Assembly: GCA_965215275.1 (NCBI GenBank)
Contig: OZ244044.1
Coordinates: 576,001-640,000 of the forward strand
Length of the DNA stretch: 64,000 bases
DNA from: Thermodesulfobacteriota bacterium
Lineage (GTDB): Bacteria > Desulfobacterota_D > UBA1144 > Nemesobacterales > JAJCZQ01
Direction of reading: 5' to 3'
Shown here: in pieces, positions 52,811 through 61,107 of the stretch
Numbering within the stretch: the first letter of the stretch is position 1
How the letters are laid out: every line of letters starts with the position of its first letter
The notes under the pieces: model-generated
The model's input: only the letters and a program-made list of their open reading frames with translations
Databases searched by the model: none
What the model was told of the DNA's origin: nothing
Program-made: the position numbers and the translations under genes

Positions 52811-53989
52811 TCAGATCATCTTTACCCTCTCTGAAACGGTCTTGAATGCTTCAATCGCCAGATCAATGTGCTCCTTGTTATGTACCGCCATAATAGAGGT
52901 ACGTATCCTGCATTTGCCGGGAGGTACGGAAGGCGGCCTTACCGCTGGAGTGAACACCCCTTCCTTTATCAGCTGATCTGCAAATCTAAGCGCCGGTTCC
53001 GGCTCTCCTATCAGGATCGGAACAATGGCCGAACTTGAGAAAATGGTCCTCAGACCTATTTTCTCAATGCCTAATCTAAACCTGTGTATCATTTTCCACA
53101 GATGATCACGCCTGCTCTTCTCCTCAGCAATTATATCGATCGCCTCCATTGACGCGGCCAAGGAGGCAGGTGGAAGGGACGTGTCGAATATATAGCTTCT
53201 TACCCGGTTCCTGATAAGGTCCACCAAGTTCCTGCTTCCTGCAACGTATCCCCCTAACGACCCGACCGCCTTGGAAAGAGTTCCCATTACGACCGGCACC
53301 TTGTCCTCCACGTTAAAATGTTCCGTTGCACCACTGCCCCTTTCACCAAGGACGCCAGTGGCATGGGCCTCGTCAACCATGAGCATTGCACCGTACCTTT
53401 CACAGATCGCAGACAGCTGTTTCAGATCAACAAGGTCACCGTCCATACTGAATACCGTGTCAGTAACGACAAGTTTTTTACCCTTGCTTTCAGAATCCTT
53501 TATAAGCAAGGTCTTAAGTTCTTCAAGGTCAAGATGGGAATAAACTCGCAAATCTGCCTTTGACAGTCTGCATCCGTCAATAATGGACGCGTGATTCAGC
53601 TGGTCACTGTAAACAAAATCGCCCTGACCTACCAGAGCGGAAATCGTGCCAACATTGGCAAGATAGCCTGAACTGAACAGTATGGCCGCCTGGGTATTTT
53701 TAAATCCGGCTATTTTTTCCTCAAGCTCCCGGTGCAGATCAGAACTGCCACTTACCAGCCTTGAACCACCGCTTCCGGTACCGTATTTTTCAAGAGCCGT
53801 CCTGGCAGCACTTATGACCCTCGGATCAACTGACAGACCCAGGTAGCTGTTCGAGGCAAAAAGTAAATACCTCCGTCCTCGTATCACTACTTCCGGGGTC
53901 TGACCTGACTGAAGTTCCGTAAGGGTCCTGAAGAGTTTCCTGTCGCAAATGTCCCTTAACTCTTCATCTATCCACTGCATACTTTCCAT
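52811..53989 (-). CDS. bioF: 8-amino-7-oxononanoate synthase
   Basis: SNSYLGL, SRLVSG, NHASIIDG, FSMDGD, DEAHATG, GTLSKA. Confidence 0.95.
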   Translation of the reverse strand: MESMQWIDEELRDICDRKLFRTLTELQSGQTPEVVIRGRRYLLFASNSYLGLSVDPRVISAARTALEKYGTGSGGSRLVSGSSDLHRELEEKIAGFKNTQAAILFSSGYLANVGTISALVGQGDFVYSDQLNHASIIDGCRLSKADLRVYSHLDLEELKTLLIKDSESKGKKLVVTDTVFSMDGDLVDLKQLSAICERYGAMLMVDEAHATGVLGERGSGATEHFNVEDKVPVVMGTLSKAVGSLGGYVAGSRNLVDLIRNRVRSYIFDTSLPPASLAASMEAIDIIAEEKSRRDHLWKMIHRFRLGIEKIGLRTIFSSSAIVPILIGEPEPALRFADQLIKEGVFTPAVRPPSVPPGKCRIRTSIMAVHNKEHIDLAIEAFKTVSERVKMI

Positions 53990-54000
53990 AGTTTAAAAGA

Positions 54001-55494
54001 TCAGTCGATGCCTTCCGTGGCCTCTTTTATGGACTTATAAGTCACCTGGACGAGTTTTTTCAGATCGTCCATGGGTATTCCTACCGGAGGCATCAATACC
54101 ACTACGTCGCCAAGAGGTCTTATAAGCACCTCATCCTCCAGAGCCTTGTCGGCAACTTTCCAGCCCATTTTCAGACCCGGCTTAAATCGTTCACCGGTTT
54201 TTTTATCCTTTACCAGCTCAATACCGACCATAAATCCCTTGTTCCTGACGTTACCCACGTGATCCAAAGACAAAAACTCCTTGAGCTCGTCTTCAAGGAA
54301 CTCTATCTTATCCCGAAGTTCTTCAAGAACGTTATTGTTCCTGAAGGCCTCAAGGTTTCCCTTGGCCGCGGCACACGATAAGGGATTTCCCGCATAGCTG
54401 TGCCCGTGATAAAACGTTTTATACTCCTCGTAACTTCCCAGAAATTCATCATAGATATCCTGAGTCGTTATCGTGGCAGAAAGAGGCAGATAACCTCCGG
54501 TCAGCCCTTTGCCAAGAACTAAAATATCCGGAGTAACGTCCTCATGCTCGCAGGCGAACATCTTTCCCGTTCTGCCAAACCCGGTGGCAACTTCGTCCAG
54601 TATCATTAAAACGTCATACATGTCACAGTACTCCCTGACCCTTTTGAGATAGCCTTCAGGAGAAACTATCATTCCTCCAGCAGCCTGGACGTAAGGTTCC
54701 ATAATGACCGCCGCGATTTCCTCGTTGTTTTTCTCAAGGAGACTTCCGAGTTCATCGGCACAGGCAATATCACACTCCGGATAGGTCTTGTTAAGCGGAC
54801 ATCTGTAACAGTAATACGAAGGAGCTTTGAAAGACTCGAACAGAAGAGGCTTGAAAGTGGAATGGAACAGGTCAATTCCACCTACCGAGACCGCACCGAG
54901 CGTATCTCCGTGGTAGCCATTTTCCAGATGTACGAACCTGATCTTATTTTCCTTACCCTTGTGCTGCCAGTACTGAAAGGCCATTTTAATGGCCACTTCA
55001 ACCGCAGAAGCTCCATCACCTGAATAAAAGACCTTCTTCAGTCCAGAGGGACATATATCAATTATCTCTTTTGCCAGTTCCGCAGCAGGCGGGTTCGTAA
55101 CGCCCAGAAGCGTACTGTGAGCAAGGGTCTTTATCTGTTCATTTATGGCATCATCAATTTCAGGGACCTTATGACCGTGGACATTTACCCATAAGGATGA
55201 AACACCATCTATATATTTTTTTCCTTTGGAGTCAATAAGATAAGCCCCGTCCGAATCCTCAATAACGATCGGGTCTTTTTCCTCATATTCCTTCATCTGG
55301 GTAAAGGGATGCCAGATGTGGTCCTTATCATATTTGCTGATCTTTTTCGTGCTATCTGACATTTTGAGAAACTGTAAAAGTAAGTCCCGTAGGTAATGTA
55401 GGAGACTGATCTTGTTCGTACTATCCGACATTTTGAAAGTCATCTGTTCAAATTTCTTATCTTTACGACTGATCTTGTTCGTACTATCCGACAT
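54001..55494 (-). CDS. bioA: adenosylmethionine-8-amino-7-oxononanoate aminotransferase (triplicated N-terminus)
   Basis: IWHPFTQM, SSLWVNVHGH, YHGDT, DEVATGFGRTG, GKGLTGGYLP, HGHSYAGNP. Confidence 0.95.
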   Translation of the reverse strand: MSDSTNKISRKDKKFEQMTFKMSDSTNKISLLHYLRDLLLQFLKMSDSTKKISKYDKDHIWHPFTQMKEYEEKDPIVIEDSDGAYLIDSKGKKYIDGVSSLWVNVHGHKVPEIDDAINEQIKTLAHSTLLGVTNPPAAELAKEIIDICPSGLKKVFYSGDGASAVEVAIKMAFQYWQHKGKENKIRFVHLENGYHGDTLGAVSVGGIDLFHSTFKPLLFESFKAPSYYCYRCPLNKTYPECDIACADELGSLLEKNNEEIAAVIMEPYVQAAGGMIVSPEGYLKRVREYCDMYDVLMILDEVATGFGRTGKMFACEHEDVTPDILVLGKGLTGGYLPLSATITTQDIYDEFLGSYEEYKTFYHGHSYAGNPLSCAAAKGNLEAFRNNNVLEELRDKIEFLEDELKEFLSLDHVGNVRNKGFMVGIELVKDKKTGERFKPGLKMGWKVADKALEDEVLIRPLGDVVVLMPPVGIPMDDLKKLVQVTYKSIKEATEGID

Positions 55495-55502
55495 TTTGAA
55501 AG
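55337..55502 (-). repeat. three copies of the bioA start region separated by different spacers
   Basis: 36-bp GACTGATCTTGTTCGTACTATCCGACATTTTGAAAG identical at 55404-55439 and 55467-55502; diverged copy at 55337-55367; periods 69 and 63 bp. Confidence 0.9.
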
Positions 55503-55546
55503 CTATAACGAACCGTCCAGGTTAACAAAGCCATAGATCTCTGTAA

Positions 55547-56032
55547 TCAGTAGATCTCATGCCTTTCAGGTTTCACCTTTATAACGAGCGTCCCTGCGAT
55601 CATATCGTGTAAACCCTGTTTTCTCTTCGTAAAACCGATCATTAAAAAACCGATGCAGAGAATTAATGCGGAAAGTATCTTTGCAAAGAACCGTCCAGTC
55701 GCCCTGGCAAAAGACACGCGATTACCCTCTCCATCAACGACCTTCAGACTCAAGATCCTTTTCCCAACGGTCGCCTGCCAGGATGATGAGATCAGTACGG
55801 CCTCATAGATCCAGCCAATCAGAAAAGTCCATGAGGTAAATATGGATTCCTGTAAACCGTCAGGCAGTTCAAAGAAACCCGTTCCGATAAAAACCACGGC
55901 AAAGATCAAACACAGGAATACTGCAATAACAAACTGTATAACAGAATCAATGACGTGAGCTACGAAACGTCTGAAGAAACCGCCGAACTTGGTGGTATCC
56001 CCTACTTTATACCCCGTCTCTTGTGGGTTCAT
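55547..56032 (-). CDS. RDD-family membrane protein
   Basis: GFFRRFVAHVID, QATVGK, KQGLHDMIAGTLV. Confidence 0.9.
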   Translation of the reverse strand: MNPQETGYKVGDTTKFGGFFRRFVAHVIDSVIQFVIAVFLCLIFAVVFIGTGFFELPDGLQESIFTSWTFLIGWIYEAVLISSSWQATVGKRILSLKVVDGEGNRVSFARATGRFFAKILSALILCIGFLMIGFTKRKQGLHDMIAGTLVIKVKPERHEIY

Positions 56033-56056
56033 ATCTTTTCTACCTTAAGACCAGTT

Positions 56057-57046
56057 CTAATTACTTATATCGGTCCTTACAGGCATCTGCAGATCATCAA
56101 GCATTTTCAGGTCTTCTTCAGGAGACCTTCCCGGGGTCGTCAGATAGTTACCAAGTATCATTGCATTTGCACCCGCCACAAGTCCCATCGCCTGAAGGTC
56201 CCTGAGCGTTACCTCTCGTCCTCCAGCCGTCATGATGATCTTATCAGGAAGCACGAGCCTGTAAACAGATATCATCTTGACCGCGTCAAATGGAGATATC
56301 TGCTCGTAATCCCTGAAAGGCGTTCCAGGTCTTGGATTGAGAAAATTAATAGGTACCCAGGTCGGGTCCAGGTCCCTTATCTCGAATGCAAACTCAATTC
56401 TCTGCTGAACGCTCTCGCCCATACCCAGAATTCCTCCTGAACACAGGTGCATTCCGGCGTTCTTTACGTATTTTGCGGTCTGCATCCTGTCATCGTAAGT
56501 ATGGGTAGTGCAGATACTTGGGAAGTGACTGCGGCACGTTTCCATATTATGATTGTATCTCCATACCCCATGTTCGCTCAGTACGTTCGCCTGGTCCTCA
56601 GTAAGTTCCCCTAACGAACAGCCGACCTTCAGGTTCGTTTTTTCAACCAGAAGATCAACTGCTTCAAGGACCTTTTTGAATATTCTCGGCGTGGGACCCT
56701 TTGCACTTATAACGATACAAAAATCCATCGCTCCCATTTCTTCAGCTTGCCTGGCGGCACGAAGTATCCTTTCAGCCGCCATTAACGGATGAGCCTCGAC
56801 CTCCGTGTCATAGTGTGCCGACTGAGAACAAAAAGAGCAGTCCTCGGGACAGTTGCCGGTCTGTGCGCTAATGATCGACCTTAGAAACACACCGTCTCCC
56901 TTGTACTTTAAGGTTACTTTCCGTGCCAACGATATTAGATCGGGAACTTCGTTCTTTGGCAGTTCCACAAGTGCCAGTGCCTCTTCAAAATCAATTGGCT
57001 CTTTTTTATTTAATAACTTGTCTGAAACAGATCCTAAAACGTTAAT
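56057..57046 (-). CDS. bioB: biotin synthase
   Basis: CPEDCSFCSQS radical SAM motif, YNHNMET, CSGGILGMGE, GNYLTT; start placed at ATT 57046, 7 nt after GGAGG. Confidence 0.93.
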   Translation of the reverse strand: MNVLGSVSDKLLNKKEPIDFEEALALVELPKNEVPDLISLARKVTLKYKGDGVFLRSIISAQTGNCPEDCSFCSQSAHYDTEVEAHPLMAAERILRAARQAEEMGAMDFCIVISAKGPTPRIFKKVLEAVDLLVEKTNLKVGCSLGELTEDQANVLSEHGVWRYNHNMETCRSHFPSICTTHTYDDRMQTAKYVKNAGMHLCSGGILGMGESVQQRIEFAFEIRDLDPTWVPINFLNPRPGTPFRDYEQISPFDAVKMISVYRLVLPDKIIMTAGGREVTLRDLQAMGLVAGANAMILGNYLTTPGRSPEEDLKMLDDLQMPVRTDISN

Positions 57047-57249
57047 TGTAGTGCCTCCAGTAAAATTATAGTTTTATACCCGCAAACAAAACAGGCAGAT
57101 GATCAAAATGTCTTAAAGGTGTTTTAGTTTATCACAATTTTCAGGAATTGCTTATTATTTAACCAGTGAATTTGAAAATCATACAGGACTGCAGGTTGGA
57201 GGTTGGAAGAATTTCTGACAAATTAATGCTTAAACATCGCAGATTATGT

Positions 57250-57329
57250 AAAACATGTAAAAAAAATCGCAAAATCTTTACACGTTTTGAAAATATGTAA
57301 AAAAAACAGAGAAATCTTTACATGTTATG
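57250..57329. repeat. two tandem 40-bp units, each an inverted repeat
   Basis: AAAACATGTAAA-N15-TTTACACGTTTT followed by AAAATATGTAAA-N15-TTTACATGTTAT. Confidence 0.8.
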
Positions 57330-57501
57330 GGAACCTTGCTCGTCCGTTAATATATTCAATAAAGGAATTATATACTTAATTACCAAAAAACTCAGACTAC
57401 TTCTCTGCACTAGCGTTAAAGTTTTGAACAGATCTTTTCAGTATGAGATATCATTTATACACTTGACATTCGTTCATAATACGAAGTGAAATATCAATGT
57501 T

Positions 57502-57720
57502 ATGAAAAGTTCAAATATAAAAACGAGTAGTTCCATTACCCCCCCCCATCTAAATCAGTCCTTACCTTGGTCTTATTTCTTCTGTGCTTTATGCCCATAG
57601 GTGCATATGGTCATATCAAAGCTAATTATTGTGAGTCCAGTGAAACTGCACTGACAGTGGATGGAACTGCACACGATGGAAGTTTTGAGAGTCCCGGGGG
57701 ATGAGATTATTTTCAGAGAT
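57502..57720 (+). pseudogene. truncated remnant of a third surface-protein family member
   Basis: ATG 57502, C9 tract 57539-57547, then in another frame LVLFLLCFMPIGAYGHIKANYCESSETALTVDGTAHDGSFESPGG*DYFQ, homologous to the N-terminus of the 2092-aa protease. Confidence 0.82.
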
Positions 57721-58153
57721 ACATGTCTCATATAAAAACATAGCAACGCAGTTCTTTCCAAAGTATTGAACGGACTGAAATTTTCTCGTCAGAATATCCG
57801 CCGGCTGCTAACGTCATGTCTGTAGTTTATATCTTCAATGGAAAAGATATGTACCCCCTTATTGACAGTAAAACTCAAGAGAGAATTATAGCCTGGTTTT
57901 CTTTTATTAATTCGTTGAGGAGAACGGATGTATTATCGTGTATTGAATTAATAAACTATTTATCAACATCTTTGAGTCTCGTGTTTGGAAAAAATTTTTT
58001 CTCCGAAAACAATTATTTAACTTATCAAGTTATCCTTATAATTTTCATATTTTATTAAAAATTGAGCAATAAGTAACTTGATTATTCCTTAATAGAATTT
58101 TTAGAAAAAGAGAAGAAACTGTGTTTTTGATTGTTGAAATAGTAAAAATTGTT

Positions 58154-58861
58154 TTAGGGTTGTTTTTTGTGGATGGGACTATAATTATCTTCCAAAATAC
58201 TCAGTATATTCTGAAATTTCTTAGGAGGGATTTTTTTCACAAAACACCTATATACTTTGTAATGAGAACCACAATCTCTAAATTTTTTCTGACTACCGCA
58301 AAAACACAAATGGTGCCCCCTATTATGATTTTTCCCTGAGCAAATTTTAATAAAATCCTTTATTTGTTCAATAGAAGTATTTTTGCCTAATTTTTCCTTA
58401 TAAAACTCTGTAATACTTTTCTTTTTATCATGTGGGTATTCCCCAAATATCCAACCTTCCTTTACCCTACTAAAGTAGGATTGAGAAAAAAAGAACGGAT
58501 AAACTAAGTTGTCAATGAAACTTTTAAAAGGAGCATCCAGATCAATTCTCATCCACTGTTCTTCATCCATTCCTAAACAACAAACACCATCAGTATAAAA
58601 ATGTTTATTGGCATTTTTATCTTTTATTCTATTTCCAGATTCTAGAACCCTAGGCAAACTTTTTGGAAAGTTTTTATAGAAAATTAGTTGAATTTCAAAA
58701 TCATCTATATGAATTTTATCCGCATAAACTCCAAGACGACCAGAAATAATTAAATTTCCGTCCTTATCACAAGAATTTTTTATTCTTTGAAAAAAACGAT
58801 GATCCTGCGATTCCTTTATTATCTTGTGATAATATTTATTATTTACTATAATCTCCTCCAT
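58154..58861 (-). CDS. prokaryotic E2/UBC-like protein with C-terminal SEC-C zinc-binding motif (CBASS ancillary)
   Basis: FPKSLPRVLE...KHFYTDGVCCLG resembles the E2 active-site segment; LCFCGSQKKFRDCG resembles SEC-C; overlaps the cyclase stop. Confidence 0.7.
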   Translation of the reverse strand: MEEIIVNNKYYHKIIKESQDHRFFQRIKNSCDKDGNLIISGRLGVYADKIHIDDFEIQLIFYKNFPKSLPRVLESGNRIKDKNANKHFYTDGVCCLGMDEEQWMRIDLDAPFKSFIDNLVYPFFFSQSYFSRVKEGWIFGEYPHDKKKSITEFYKEKLGKNTSIEQIKDFIKICSGKNHNRGHHLCFCGSQKKFRDCGSHYKVYRCFVKKIPPKKFQNILSILEDNYSPIHKKQP

Positions 58862-59873
58862 AAAGCTTTGGACCAATCACAGCAGTACCTGATTTTACTG
58901 CTGCATCCATAGCAGATATTTTTCTTTGTTTATCGTTGTGGTCTTCTTCCAAAGGAAAATCCTCTCCAAACTGTTCTATTAAAATCTTGCAAGCCTTTTC
59001 TAAACTCTTTTCATTAATTGCTTTCTCTAAAGCTTCATCAAGTTTAGCGAATCTATCAATAAGGTTAGTCATCCCTTCGTCACTAATTTTACCAAAAACA
59101 TCTTCATCTTTAGTAGGGGGTTTTTTTACAGTAATTCTTGAGCTATTTATAGAAATTACAACACTTCTTAAAGCCTCTATATCACTAAGGTTGTCATCAG
59201 AATCAAAAACAGGCTTTTTAAGTTCTTCTATACATAAAAGAAGCAATGCTAAGCCAATGGGTTTGTCATCACTTTCGTTCGGTATTGCTTTATCATTCCA
59301 CCTTTTTAAATAACGAACAACTCTTTGTAATTGATCTGAACCACTGCTATCGTTAGAGTCGCTAAAAGGTTTTCGAGCATCTTTAATGTATTTCTTTAAA
59401 GCTTTAGGGTCTGCAGGTTTCCAAGTCCAATTTTTATGAGCAAGGTTAAAATTTTCACTCTCTTGAGAGTCATTGCTTGCATAACAAACAAGATCAACAT
59501 GGTAACCCGCTCTATAACGTACACGAATGCAAGCCCCTTTCTCTTCTACATTTTTAGTGTGATTTTTAATAGCATCCAAAACCCACTTGCGTACTTTTTC
59601 TGCTTTATAACCGTCTTCTGCGCTATAATCGTCAGACTCTATATCAAAGACTAAACCAACATCAATATCATATTCTTGATCATCAGAAATTGGCTTTATT
59701 CCTACTCCATAAATATAGCTTCCTTGGTTAAGTAGCTCTGGAACAGGTTTTTCCTGCTCCTGAAGAGATTCTTTTATTTCGTTAAACAAAATATCTCTTT
59801 TTTCTTTTAATTCGTCTTTTTCCACTTTTATATCTTTGTGGAAGCTTTCAAACTGTTTTTGTAAATTGGCCAT
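58839..59873 (-). CDS. CD-NTase (SMODS/cGAS-DncV-like cyclic oligonucleotide synthase)
   Basis: QGSY...IKP...EYDIDVG, K.ACIRV.Y, HVDLVCY, W..ADP, VRYLKRW; GGAGG RBS before ATG 59873. Confidence 0.9.
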   Translation of the reverse strand: MANLQKQFESFHKDIKVEKDELKEKRDILFNEIKESLQEQEKPVPELLNQGSYIYGVGIKPISDDQEYDIDVGLVFDIESDDYSAEDGYKAEKVRKWVLDAIKNHTKNVEEKGACIRVRYRAGYHVDLVCYASNDSQESENFNLAHKNWTWKPADPKALKKYIKDARKPFSDSNDSSGSDQLQRVVRYLKRWNDKAIPNESDDKPIGLALLLLCIEELKKPVFDSDDNLSDIEALRSVVISINSSRITVKKPPTKDEDVFGKISDEGMTNLIDRFAKLDEALEKAINEKSLEKACKILIEQFGEDFPLEEDHNDKQRKISAMDAAVKSGTAVIGPKLYGGDYSK

Positions 59874-60982
59874 GGGTACCTCCTTCTGGTAAGTCATTTA
59901 AGTTAATAAAAATATTTTTTAATATATTGAGTTTTGTATCTTCAGTTTCATTACAGGTTTTACCATAAATCTCCTTTCCGTCTTCTGCTCCCAAGCTAAT
60001 TAAAGTATTACAGGCTTCTTTGGTTGCCTTATCAAGACCAATAACTTTTTCTTGAGCAGAAGATAAACACCTTTGTGGTAGTCTATAAATAGATACCTTC
60101 TTTCCTAAAGCTGACAATCTCTTCTCTAGGAAATTACATATAAATTCAACATTCTTAGCTTGAGCGTTCCCCGAAATTTCTAATATATCAACTCCCCAAC
60201 CCCAGTCTATAATACCTTTTTCTACATTCTCATCTTTAAGAGTTTCTCCAAAACTGGCTGGGCAGGTTCCAATTGAAATAATATCTATAGGCTGATTTTT
60301 ATCTGAAATCTCTAAAGCTTCAATCAAACCCATTAGTGTTGGATTATTTGCCCAAATACCCCCATCAACAAAATGTTCTGTTACATTTGAATTATCTGGT
60401 TCAGGAATAGCTACTACAGGGAAAATAATTGGTGCAGCTGAAGTAGCAAGACAAACATCTGCTAAATTCCTTTTATTATCAGCATGTTTTTTGGGATTGT
60501 GAGGAGTTTTAAATACTCTTGGCGAATAGTCCACCAGTTTAATTGATGCAATACAAAGTCCTATTTTCCTTCGAGTATAAATTTGTTCAATTGTTTCGTC
60601 TTTAAAGAGTTCTTCTAATATAACTCTTAAATGCTTATTTTCATTTGCTGGTTTTTTTTATATGACAAAAAGCCCAAATAATTTTTCTTAAAAAATTATT
60701 TGGTACCGGAGATTTAAAAATATTTTTTCCTTCTTTGTAATAAATTTCAATGATTTTATCAATCTCAATGCCTGCAACAAGACCTGCTGCTAGAATGCCA
60801 CCTGTACTTGTTCCAACTATCAGGTCAAAACCTTTGCCTATATCCTTATTGCTTGATTTGCAAAACCTCTCAGAAAGGGATTTTAGCAATGATGCAGTAT
60901 AGAGACCCCTCATTCCTCCACCATCTAAAGAAAGCACTCTATAAGGCTTAAAGTGTTCTTTGTCTTTTAATTTTTCATACAT
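59848..60982 (-). pseudogene. patatin-like phospholipase (CapV-type CBASS effector), frameshifted in an A8 tract
   Basis: LSLDGGGMRG and GTSTG in the 5' ORF, ATSAAP and DGGIWANNP in the 3' ORF; removing one T from 60652-60659 joins them. Confidence 0.85.
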
Positions 60983-61107
60983 TACACTACCCCTATGCTT
61001 GAAACCATATTGCCTAAATAAACAAATTTTTCTCTTGAAATATCATTGTTTTTGTTATAACATATAATTATACCTTATTGGCATATTAAAATCAAGGAAG
61101 GCTTGCT

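Noticed and set aside
55337..55502. Possible CRISPR mini-array (36-bp repeats, unique spacers)
   Set aside because: The repeat is the bioA coding start itself, there are only three copies, and no cas genes or leader are present; kept as a repeat finding, not a CRISPR call.
57720..58150. AT-rich stretch with an 80-aa ORF, possibly a gene remnant or island boundary
   Set aside because: No motif, terminal repeat or att-like sequence could be identified by eye.
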